Shown here: piece after piece, positions 29,451 through 41,376 of the stretch
How the letters are laid out: every line of letters starts with the position of its first letter
Numbering within the stretch: position 1 is the stretch's first letter
NCBI RefSeq assembly: GCF_009914755.1
Contig: NC_060928.1
Strand: one strand, 5' to 3'
Length of the DNA stretch: 64,000 bases
Source of the DNA: the human T2T-CHM13v2.0 reference genome, Homo sapiens
Notes under the pieces: model-generated
Database searches by the model: none
Told to the model about the DNA's origin: nothing
Seen by the model: only the letters and a program-made list of their open reading frames with translations
Position numbers and translations under genes: made by a program

Positions 29451-30775
29451 TATCAAGACTCATAGTTAAGCTCTTCCATTAAAAACAAAGCTCAGAGTTA
29501 TCCATTCATTCAACAAATATAGAGTGGTGGCTATGTGGCAGACAAAACTCTAGGTGTAGAGGGTACAGCAGCGAACAAATCTCACAAAAACGCTCCTTTG
29601 GGGTGCTAAGGTTTCAGTAGGAGGGTACTAGATTTAGTACATCTAGATTTAGCTCTGAGTATTTTACAAATTGGATTATAAGGCATTTTCATCTTTAGGA
29701 CATAGATTCATTCATTTAACCAATGCCTACTATGTGCCAGGCAATGTCCTCATGGGGAGCAATATATCAGTGGACAAACCAGACAAAACCCCCTGCCCTT
29801 AGGGAGCTTACTACCCGGAGAATACAATCATTGGAAGGTTTGGGCTCCTTTCGCTAAGAAGTAAAGAATGAAGGGGAAAGTGGTGGCCTTCATGTCATTG
29901 ACATTCCAATGAAACCATGTGAATAGAGACCCACGCAGCAAACATTTCGTTAACTTCAAAAGTGTCCTCTGACCTTTGCAAACATTCCCACAGCTGTAAC
30001 ATTAGGTATATGCTTCAATTCTGTTTTTGAAATGACAGAAAAAACAAACCATGAATTCTGCACTGAAGATAGAAAACCTAAAATAATCAGATCTAATACA
30101 CTTATATCTCCAGAATTACACTAAGTAAAATGACACCTACTTTGAGATTTTCAAATATTGATGACATGCTGTATCGCTATACTCATACACACCTTCTCAC
30201 ACAGTGCCACTTCAGGTAAAACTGAACTCATCTCCATACTCATCTCCATGTTTCCTTTGGGACCTCCTTCATCGACCACAGCCTTTTGTCCCACCACCCA
30301 TTTAGCTGGCACACAGCTGGTGCATAATAAGTGGTTTTTAAAGGAACAAAAACCTTAGTCATCTTTTACCTGGAATAGCGTCCTAAAATTTTTCCTTTAA
30401 GGACAGCTTAAATTACTTTTTATTCCTTTTGTTACCTTTTATGTAAATAAAACATACTATTCTACATAGTTACAAACATTTTAGAGTTGCCATTTAGAAA
30501 AACAATTCCTAAAACAACTTCTGGATACATCGTTTAGCACATATTTTACATAATCAAATAAATGTCATTATATTTTAGCATTATAGTATTCAACAGAAGA
30601 AAACACAAACCACTGGATAGGTATGTGAAGTTTTTGTGTGTGTGCATTTCTTTAGTTCTGAACAATTTAATCCTTATTATATGTAAAGTATGAGCTCCAG
30701 AGCAGTTTCTATGTTATCCAAGCAAGAGCCTTTGGCAATCTGAGAACTTCACTGTGACTGATTCTGTTGTCTGCC

Positions 30776-31381
30776 TGATATAGTTTGGCTGTGTCCCCAC
30801 CCAAATCTCATCTTGAATTGTAAATCCCACAATTCTCACATGTCGTAGAGGAACCCAGTAGGAGGAAACTGAATCATGGGGACAGGTCTTTCCCATGCTG
30901 TTCTTGTGATAGTGAATAAGTCTCACAAGATCTGATAGTTTTATAAATGGAAGTTCCCCTGCACAAGCTCTCTCTGCCTGCTGCCATCCATGTAAGATCT
31001 GACTTGCTCCTCCTTGCCTTCTGCCATGATTGTGAGACCTCCCCAGCAAGTCCATTAAACCTCTTTCTTTTGTAAATTGCCCAGTCTCGGTACGTCTTCA
31101 TCAGGAGCATGAAAACAGACTAATACAGTACATTGGTACCAGAAGAGTGGGGTGCTGCTGAAAAGATACTGAAAATGTGGAAACGACTTTGGAACTGGGT
31201 AACAGGCAGAGGTTGAAAAAAGTTTGGAGGGCCCAGAAAGCAGGAAAATGTGGGAAAGTATGGAACTCCCTAGAGACTTGTTGAATGGCTTTGACCCAAA
31301 ATGCTGATAATGATACAATGAATTCCAAGCTGAGTAGTCTCGGGTATGTCTTTATCAGCAGTGTGAAAATGGACTAATGCA
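30776..31381 (+). mobile_element. THE1 (THE1B-like) MaLR provirus with a large internal deletion: 5' LTR 30776-31127, int 31128-~31335, 3' LTR remnant ~31336-31381
   Basis: TGATATAGTTTGGCTGTGTCCCCACCC start. LTR end 'gactaataca' followed by the THE1-int start. Second LTR end 'ggactaatgca'. 5-bp TSD ctgcc/ctgct. Confidence 0.92.
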
Positions 31382-32431
31382 CTGCTCAATAACCATACAC
31401 CCTTTTCCGTTTGTAACACAACACTGGGTAATGTGTCCAGCTGGAAATTTCCATTTCCCAGCTTGCCCTGCAAGTGGAAACCAATGCAAAATAAGCATTA
31501 GTTTTTGTGTGGTGCTTTCTGAAAAACCTGTTTGCCTTTCACCCTTCCATTTTCTCCTGGCTAAAACTATTGTACATGATGGCTGGCACCCCAGCAACCA
31601 TGCTGTGACTTTATGGAAGACAAACTCTCAGGACAGTGAAGCAGAAAGGCACAAGGAGCCAACATCCCTTATGACTTTGTGTAGCAGGCACAGCCAACCC
31701 TGTCTACCTCCACACTAGTTTTACAGGAGTGAGAAAAACTATTTTGTGTAAGCTACCATTATTTCAGTCTGTTTCCAGATTTCAAATGCTAAGTTCAAAC
31801 ACCCATTTGATTTATCTGGGGCAGCTAAATAAAGAGACCTAAAATTCTTAGTCTTCTGCTTTATCTACTCTTGCCTTATGGCAAATTTTTCCACTATCAG
31901 GGTTTCAACTATTGTCTCTCAAGATTCCCAAGTTTGAGGTTTCCCACATCTCACCTAAAAATTTCCAACTACCTTTAAAACATGTCCATTTGGATGTCCC
32001 CGTTACCTCAAAATTTGAATTAGTATCATCTCTTATTTTATTAGTCCTCCTTCCCAATTTCCTTGTTGTTTAATAGATTTTCTCAACCAGTCAAGCTCAA
32101 GACTGTAATGGAAATTTCCTCAAAATGTGTTTCACCAGCACCAGGGTATCTTGGGAGGCTCATTAAGAATGCGAATCCCCAAGCCCACCACAGATTTACT
32201 CAACTAAATCTTCACAAGCCAGCCCAATAAGATCCCTGATAATTTATGAACCTACTACCAATGTTATTACTAATAAAATATCAATATGCTATTACCAATA
32301 AGATCCATGGTAACTTATTAATATTAGAATTCTAAATTATTGTTGAGACTTGCTTTTTTCAAAAAAGTCCTTCTCTCTCCTGCCCTATGTTTACTAAATA
32401 TTCACTAAATAGCAAAGTCCTATAATATGAT

Positions 32432-32773
32432 TGCTATGATTTGGCTGTGTCCCCACCCAAATCTCATCTTAAATTGTTGCTCCCATAATCCCCAAGTGTT
32501 GTGGAAGAGACCTGGTGGGAGGTAACTGAATCATGGGGGCAGGTCTTTCCCGTGCTGTTCTCATGACAGTGAATAAGTCTCACGAGATCTGATAGTTTTA
32601 TAAAGAGCAGTTCCCCTGCACACGCTCTTTTGCCTTTGCTCCTCCTTCACTTTCCGCCATGACTGTGAGGCCTCCCCAGCCATGTGAAACTGAGTCCATT
32701 AAACCTCTTTTTCTTTATAAATTACCCAGTCTTGGGTATGTTTTTATTAGCAGCCTAAGAGCGGACTAACACA
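32432..32773 (+). mobile_element. THE1 solo LTR
   Basis: 'tgctatgatttggctgtgtccccacccaaatctc...ggactaacaca'. TSD atgat/atgac. Confidence 0.92.
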
Positions 32774-32977
32774 ATGACCTTTGTGACCTCATTTCCTACT
32801 ATTCTTCCCCTCACCGTTCCTAATTCCCGATGTGAAACTGAGTCCATTAAACCTCTTTGTCTTTATAAATTACCCAGTCTTGGGTATGTTTTTATTAGCA
32901 GCCTAAGAGCGGACTAACACAATGACCTTTGTGACCTCATTTCCTACTATTCTTCCCCTCACCGTTCCTAATTCCCG
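32682..32977. repeat. 148-bp direct tandem duplication (2 copies, 1 mismatch)
   Basis: 32682-32829 and 32830-32977 are identical except ctttTtc vs ctttGtc. Confidence 0.97.
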
Positions 32978-33849
32978 ATTCTCTCCTGCCTTGGGGCATT
33001 TGCTCTGGCTGGAACACCCTTCCCCCAGATCCCCACCAGGCCAACTCCCTTATCTCCTTCATGCCAACTTTTCAATGAGGGCTAGTCTAACTAACCTACT
33101 TAAAATTGCAATCCATCCACCCACCTTAAACATTTTGCTTTCTCTTCATTTTCCCCATAGCATTTGCCACACAACAAATTCTATAATTAGCATATTTTGT
33201 GTGTGTTTTGTTTGTCTCCTGCCTCACTAGAAAGTAAGCACCTCCAGGGCCATGCTTTTCCTCTTCTGTTAACTGATGTATCCCAAGTGCCTGTAACAGT
33301 AGTTGAAGTTCAGTAGACATCTGCTGAATGAGTTAATGATTCAGTCAGAAATCTGATTCCTCCCTTCCCATTCTCACTGTTCCACTCTAATACTAATTCT
33401 GACTTTTGTCATTTTAAGACTGTTTTGCAAAAGAGTCTATCTACCATACCTTTTCCTCCAAACCAGCCAACACACTTCCAGACTTAACTAAGTTACTACT
33501 TTTAGGATGTCCCTCCCTTATAACGATGTGGCCCCCAACTGGCCCTGTTAGATATTATATATTGGAGTTAGGCTTAAATAAGAAATTAGATTCAATGAAC
33601 TCTAAGAACCTGTTCAAATATTCGGTCCTGTGTCCAAATGACTCACCTTGGCATTTAAAATGCTTTGTAATCTGGCAGTAATCTACCTATCCAAACTTTT
33701 AGCCTGCTCCTTCCAAGTTTCCCTCTGCTCCCGGCCAATTTCCTTAAGAACTCTGAAATAAGCCATGTTCACTTTCCCCATTTGTTCTTGTTATGACTGT
33801 CTTCAACACTCTCCTAACTACAGAAATAGATGTCAGTATCCTTTAGGAT

Positions 33850-34010
33850 CCTGCTGCTCAGACTGTGATCTGCAGGCCAGCATCCTTCAGCATTACATTC
33901 TTGTCAGAAATGTAGTAACTCTGGCCCCACTCCAGACCTCCTGAATCAGACTCTGCGTTTAACAAGATCCTCAGGTGATTCCTATGAACCTTCGAGTTTG
34001 AGAAGCACTG
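33850..34010. mobile_element. MER5A (hAT-Charlie)
   Basis: 'ccccactccagacctcctgaatcagactctgc...aacaagatcctcaggtgattcctatg...agtttgagaagcactg'. Confidence 0.75.
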
Positions 34011-34229
34011 TGTGAGGGCTCATCTCAAATCACACCTCAATGAAATGTTCACTCAGCAGGCCTTATGTTCAGTAATAAGTATGTACTAAATTCCTAATCT
34101 TCCACAGGTCCTGCGTCCCCCACAGCATGCACAATATTTAATTAACAACATCCCCTCTTAGACTATTTATTCCCTCTTTAAGTCCTTTCTCCCCAGTTTG
34201 GTTGTAAACAACTTACAGGCATGACAGTC

Positions 34230-34865
34230 ATACATCTGGCCAATCTGGATGAAGGGAACAGAAACCCATTCAAGTCATTTCAAGGGGGGGAAAAGAGCTT
34301 ATTTTAATGCTACTTGGGAACTAGGGCTATAAAATTCGGGAGGGCAGGCTCCAAGGTCTCGCCACCCTCTCTCAGGATCTGTGTCTGCCCATCCATTCCA
34401 TTTTCTTTGCTATCTCTCTACTCACTCATAGTTTCTGCTTTCTTCTATCAGCAGCATTCCCATGACTTATTATGGCCACCCATTCTCTCCCATACCAGCC
34501 TATTCACCTCTGCTCCCTTCTGCTTTTACTCTAAATCTCTAACTTTAATGTTTTCAAGAGAGATATGATTAACACAGAGACTCTTTTTGAGCCAAACCAC
34601 AAGGTTACAAGTGTCTGAGTCACATAAGAATTGGTTGACCCTGGGTCAGGAGCCAACCATAGTCCAATCAGCTGAGGCCAAAAAGGCTGCAGTTCAGAAC
34701 AAGGCCCTCTAGGCAGCAGGGCCTCTCTCAAAGGAGAATATTCCTTAGGAAAGGTAGGACTATATTTTTTAGGAAAGAAATATTTCCTAGGAAAGAAAAG
34801 TGTGGGCAGAGCAGGCAATGAGCCACAACGCCAGCCCCACAGAGTCATTATTTGTCTTCACCACA
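34230..34865 (-). mobile_element. MLT1-type MaLR LTR (old)
   Basis: Recalled similarity of 'gggtcaggagccaaccatagtccaatcagctg' and the terminal '...tgtcttcaccaca'. Confidence 0.45.
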
Positions 34866-36099
34866 GTCCCAAGCACATGCTGAAGCTATAATAAACTGGA
34901 ATCAACTAATCTCAGGGGAAAGGGTCATTCACTCACCAAGCACCACTATGGCCCTGACACTGTGCTGGACGCACAGGGAATACAAAGATTAAACAAGCAG
35001 CAGTCCTTGTTTTCCCAGAGCTCTTAATCCAAATGTGTCACTGAACTAGTTACTTGACCTTGGGCAAATTACTAAACCATATGGGCCACAGTTTCCTCAA
35101 CTATCAGATGGCACTCCACCTTCACCAACCTCCAGGAGTGTTGTAAGTTTCCATAAAGTAATCTTTGTAAAAGTACTTTGGAAAATACACAAGCCAATCA
35201 AGAACAATACTGCAGCCCTGTAATCCCCTCACATGCCACAGGTTTTGCAGTGCTCTCAGACTTTTTCTCTTCCCCTTATTTCCCACAATATAGGACCCAT
35301 CAATTGCTATTATTTAAAAGAACACCACCAACTATTACCATTCTACTTTCACTATCTCTATGACTAATTTCACTCAGAAGTGTAAAAAAAATGAATTTTT
35401 ACAGTGTGCATTTTAAAAGTATAATGTATTCAACTGTGTATGTAAAACTATAATGCCCTATATAAGTATTTTTTGGGTATTACAAATGACAGCATGTACC
35501 GAATTCCTATGTAGTACACAGGCCAGTTTTGAATCTTGCTTCGTCTTCTCCCCACAGCAGTTTCATTTAATATTTCCTAAATACTGCAATCAGAAAATTT
35601 CAGGGACCCTATTTTTACAGGGAGCCCCTAAGGAGAAAAAATGGCCTGTCTCCATCCCTGAAATCCAATTCTCCTAACTTATATATTTTTCTAAAACCAC
35701 TTCACCACCTGTCTCACATTAAAAGATGGAGGTGGGGAGGAAGAGTGGGAATCAGCGATGATGGCAAGATAGATTTCTGAAAAACATGTTATTCCACCCT
35801 CTGCAGGATTCAAGTACAGGTTTATGGGAGAGGACAAACAAACCTTGGGATATTTACAGTCTTGGCTTTGACGCGAGCAAAATCAAATAATATTTACAGA
35901 GTGCCTGCCACATGGCAGGCAGGATGTTGAGGGCTCCTCGGAGACGATGAAGAGTCTGGGCCCTCGGAAAGCTTACTTGCTTCTACCCCGGAGCATCTGT
36001 TGCTCAGTGTTGACAACCATGGCCATTCAAGAGCTGGCCCCAGGTGGAGCAAAGAAAACAGCTTCCACCTGGCTGAAAAGTCAGCTCAGCTGGCCGAAG

Positions 36100-37650
36100 T
36101 GAGGGTTTCGGGCAAAAGGGAAACACAAAAACGAAACCTCAGACGCGAGCCGGTGGGACTCCGCTGCAGGAGGCAGAATTGCAGAAGCTGTAATGCAGGG
36201 AACCCACTCGGCACCCGACCCCGATGAAGGCTCCCCGCGCTTCGAGAGCCAAGGGACTACGGATCAAAGGATCCTGCAGCCGGGGAAAAGCAAACTCGCT
36301 TCGCTGGGAGCTCAGATAGGGGGTTGCAAAACGGTGGGCGCCGGAGGCAGGGGCGGCGGGCTGGGGATCTGCTGAGTGGAAATCGAACTGGTGGGGAGGG
36401 AGGTGGGCAGGGCGAGTGAGCTCAGTGACTGGGACCTAATGGTCACACTGCGGTGCAAAGCACGCCTCGGGGCTCCCGCGGAGAACACCCATTCGAGGGT
36501 ACTGGAGCCTGGAAAGGGTCTGCGAGTACACTGGGGGCAGCGCGGGGGGAAGGGTCCCCTAGGGGCCGGGCGCGACAGTCGGACTGCCGCCGGGGAAGAG
36601 GTAGGATGCGGTCTCTTCCAGGATAAACACACACGCTCACACACACACTCGCTTCCCGACCCCGGGCTAGCCCCGAGCCTCGGCGGCCCCTTACCTTCGG
36701 CGCGCGAGCGGATCTCCGACACGGTCCTCCGCATGGTGGGCATCGCGGCGGCGGCTGCAGGTGGGTCCTCAGCCCGGACTCTGCACCTGTCACGGCGTGG
36801 TACACGCGGGAGACCCGGCTGCGCCGCGCAGAGCGCTCAGCTGCAGCCTGGGCCGCGCCGCCGCCCACCTAGGGCAGAGCTGCCGCCGGGCGCGGCCCCC
36901 GCACGCCGACAGGAGGAGGAGAAAGGCAGCGGTGGCGGCGAAGGTGGCGGCGCCCGCAGAGCTGGGCGAGCTCTTGCTGCAGCCGCGGAGGGGCGGCTCG
37001 GCGAGGGGCGGAGCTCGGGCGCCGGCGCCGGGGGAGGGGCCTGCGGGGCTCGCGCTCCCCCTCCCGCGGCCGCTCAGCAAGGAAGGCGGGTGAGGGGCGG
37101 GGAGAGCCAGGGGGAGCCTCCTTCGCCCCGCCCCGCCCCGCTTCGGACCGTATCACGACTCAAAGGGGGGATCAACTCTTAGCCTCCTTAGTCCTCCAGC
37201 GTTTTCGCTCCGCCCTGTGGAGTTGGTTGACCCGGTTCCTCCTCCAGGCCACTCGGACTCTCTCACATCTTGCTCAGAAAGGAAAGACTGCTCTGGCTGC
37301 TGCATTCTCACGAATCCCCTCCCGCTACCCCTGGCTTTTGATCGCAGTGGAGCCGCCCGTCGTCCGGAAAGAGCTGTTGGGTCTGAGCCGGCAGGCGAAG
37401 GCGAAAGGGTCTGGGACTACAAGGTTTAGCTCCGAGCCAGAGCAGGAAAGGAACGACTGACTGTTCGCCATCTGGGTGTAATTCTAACCTCTCTGCACGC
37501 CCAGCCCGACTCGTGGCCTGAGCCGCACTTGTCCTCCTGCCTCGCCCACTAGCAACAGGCTGCCAGGTCGGGAGGCCCCTGGTGCCCATGGTGCTCTTGT
37601 CCATGGGGCTTGGGTGCATCTGGGCCCCGCCTGCAAGTGGGCCCGGTGCA
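36100..37650. promoter_or_regulatory. CpG island / TATA-less GC-box promoter and 5'UTR of ATP8A1 (TSS probably about 36.9-37.1 kb; exact site not determinable)
   Basis: Very high GC and CpG density against an AT-rich, CpG-depleted background. Several GGGCGG/CCGCCC Sp/KLF boxes at about 36990-37140, immediately upstream of the ATG on the minus strand. Confidence 0.9.
36695..36743 (-). CDS. ATP8A1: ATP8A1 coding exon 1 (49 nt; MPTMRRTVSEIRSRAE+G)
   Basis: ATG at 36743-36741 in GCCGCCGCG-ATG context inside a CpG island. The translation matches the known ATP8A1 N-terminus. Donor GAAG|GTAAGG at 36695/36694. Confidence 0.97.
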
Positions 37651-40641
37651 TCTCCCTAGTTCAGGCTCTGCAGCCTGACAAGGCACTGAAATAGCAATTA
37701 AGCCAACTAAGTATTGGCCCAGGTGGTTCACAAAAGACTTTTTTTTTTTCTTTTAGTTAAATCTGCATAAAGTTGGATGCAGTCGTTTTATCTGCAAAGG
37801 GGAGAGGAGTCTTTGTATAAAATCCATAAATATGTTAAATTTTAATTTGCCGATGTCCTTCAGACTATCATAGCCTCATTACCTTTTATTTTGTATACCG
37901 AGATCTATGCTAAAAAGTTGTCAAAACAAATACTTCACCTTCAAGTTAAGATGTAAGGTTTTGTGCTGTTTCTGGCGAGCTGCTGAACTGGCAGGAAAGG
38001 AATAAACCAGAAACAATAAATCAGAAGCAATTTGCTTCTTCCCTCATTTCATGCTCTTCCTCCAGCAACCAGCGAAAGAGATCCTCACATAGAGGCCTTT
38101 TATTTGAGATCTTTTCACATCCTGAAGGGAGAGAGCTGGAGAGGTTTGACCTGAGAGAGAAGTGATTATTTCCAAGCCTCAGGAAAAAATGAAATAAAAT
38201 CTGCTAATAGCGTCCTATCTCCATTTGTGGTATTTCTTCTGCTTCCTGCAGGTAGCACTTGCTAATCAGAGCCCTGCCCTACATTAATACTCAGGCAGTC
38301 AATGCATATTTATGAAGAGCCCACTCTAGTTGGCTCTGATTCAGAGGCTGGAATTAGAACAAAGAAAATGTATTCTCAGTGTTCATGGAACATCTCAGGG
38401 TAAAGCAGGACTCAACAATAAATGAATCTATCTGTTTCAGTGATAGTCATGATTTAAAGTATGGTCTTCTAAACGTAAAAAATGAACACAGCTTTATCTG
38501 GACTGTCATCACTGGGCATTTTTATTTCTTCCAAGGCCCAGGGTCTCCTTGTATAAAGCAGGCTTGCTCTGGCTTAATGAACATGAGTCTGAAACAAAAT
38601 TAAAGGGCTAACATAGCAAGGAAAATAGTAAAAATAATAATCAGCTTTAAAAGTTAGCGAACAGAAACTGGAGGAAATGCAGTGCTTTTCTGATTAACAT
38701 TTTAGGTGTAATTCTATATGAAGCCATAACCAGTTCTTATTAAAAATCAGTGCGCAGCAGCATGACGATAGTTCATTTATGAGCAATCACCTTTGTAATT
38801 CCTAATTAGTCCTCAGATGGGGTTGAGGTTCAATTCTGCTTATTTACAAGTAATAACTGAAGGAACTCCAGAAGTTACCTCTGTTTTGTATAGAGCAATC
38901 CATTTTTTACATGTGTGTCCCATTAACTCATCAGCAAAGTTGAAAACGTCATTGATACAGGAAACAAGTCACTTATACAGAGAAGAATATTGCATGATAT
39001 AGTCTATAGATTACCGTGTGTCCTTTCCCTGATATTATCACTTTATCCATAATGGCAAGCGTATCCCAACTACCTTATTTCTTAAAAACCACTCATTCCT
39101 GACTGCTAGAAATCACACATTTTTATTGGTTCAGAACTTGATTGAAGTTGAGGATTGCATTAATCTGCATCTGCTTGATTTTAAGGCTCTCAGATCGTCT
39201 CACCTTCTATTGTGTGAGAAGTGCAATGTGCCAGCCCCTGGCAGGGAACTCCGGTTCCAGCCACATGACTTTGTCACGGAATCTGTAGTAGAATTCAGAT
39301 GTCAGCAAGATCATTTAAAATCTTTCAGGTCATATGACTATACTGCTGATAGACTTAGAAGGAAGAGGGTTATTTAAGGACAACTTCCCTAAGATCCAGG
39401 TTTTATCCTCCACAAAATGTACATTGAATACGTAACACGTGTGAGGTGCTGAGCCAGAGAACTAGGTTATAGAGGCACTTAATGAAAGCTAAACAGCAGT
39501 AGCAACAAGATGGCTAATATGTCATGCCAAATAGACAAGCAGCAACTATGGACTTTGAGAGAAAGCTAAGTTTCTAAGAGCTAGGGTGATCAACATTGTT
39601 GAGCTAGATCTTAAAGTAGGGGTTAATTCTATAGAAATAAAAAGGAGACCTCTTTCTAGTGGGAATGCTTGGTAGTCATTGTTTAATGAATGTTTAAGGT
39701 CAGTAGAGTGATAGAGGAGCATATATATTTGGCAGGAACAAAGAGACTGACTTGACTACAGTAAAGGTTTTTCACTGGGAATCCATGTATGGAGACTAAA
39801 GGTGCCAGATTTGGGAGAGTCTGAAATGTCATCTTAGGATACTTTTGTTTCCTAATGAGCCTTCTAAATGAATGATGCTAGGAATCCCAATATGCCCACT
39901 TTTAAGCGTTTGTGGGTTTTTTTTGACATTTTTCCCTTGAATTTTGCCACAAATTTTCCTCAACTTTACTAAGTAAATTATGTTCTAATATAATGAACAT
40001 TGAGTGGCAGATGTTCATTACATTCCCAATAACTGTGCCATGTAGGACTAAATGGGAAAACATGTCCTTAGCTTTCTCTTTGAATTAGGATGGCTGTTTT
40101 AAGTCATTAGAGAAAATAAAGTATGTGTAAATACATCTACTCTGTTCTACTGTCACAGCAGGGTGTGGACATCAATGGAACTTCATTGGCCTACAGACTC
40201 AGGTTTAAACTTCATTCAAATCAGAGGTGACTGTCAGGTACCCAGAGTTGGGTAAATGATAGTTGAAATTACAAAGGAAAAAAATACAATAAAAGAACTA
40301 AGAGGATGTCACTACTGGAACTAAACAGATTGGAAATCAAGTTTTCATGCCAAGAAAATTAAATAGGAGAAAGAATAGTCTTTTCAACAAAGGATGTTGG
40401 GACAACTGGATATCCACATGCCAAAGAAAAAAGTTGGACCCCTGCCTTGTATCATACACAAAAACTAACTCAAAATGGATCAAACACCCAAAATGTAAAA
40501 GTTAAATTATCTATAAAACTCTTCAGAGAAAAATAGTAAATATTTATTAACTTAGATAATAGTTTCTTACATATGGCATCAAAAGCACAAACAACAAAAG
40601 AAAAAATAGATAAATTGCACATCATCAAATTAAAAACTTTT

Positions 40642-41059
<418 letters not shown>

Positions 41060-41080
41060 TTATATTAAAAACGATTATGA

Positions 41081-41376
41081 GGCTTGGTGACATGGCTCTT
41101 GCCTGTAATCCCAGCAATTTGGGAGGCCAAGTAAGGAGGATCATTTAATCCCAAAAGTTCTAAACCAGCCTGAGCAATGTTGAGACCTTGTCTCTACAAA
41201 TAATTAAAACATTAGCCAGGCGTGATGGTGCACGCCTATGGCCCCAGCTATTTGGAGGCTGAGGTGGGAGAATCACTTGGGCTGGGGTGGTCGAGGCTGC
41301 AGGGAGCTAAGCCATGATCACGCCACTGCACTCCAGCTTGGGAGACAAAGCAGGAACCCATCTCAAGAAAAAAAAA
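41081..41376 (+). mobile_element. AluJ
   Basis: Diverged Alu with J-type 'ggaggatc...gtcgaggctgcag...catgatcacgcc'. TSD approximately aac(g/t)attatga. Confidence 0.9.

Larger units (their letters stand above)
7000..36694 (-). other. ATP8A1: ATP8A1 intron 1 (about 29.7 kb)
   Basis: GT...AG intron defined by the in-frame join of exons 1 and 2. Confidence 0.93.

Noticed and set aside
36312-36694. Continuation of the 143-aa ORF beyond exon 1
   Set aside because: It reads through a strong GTAAGG donor into intron 1, and the sequence after RAEG is not P-type ATPase-like.
36376-37182. 268-aa + strand ORF (and other overlapping ORFs) across the CpG island
   Set aside because: Non-ATG start and low-complexity G/A/R/P composition. 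Stop codons are scarce in GC-rich DNA, and it lies antisense to the real exon 1.
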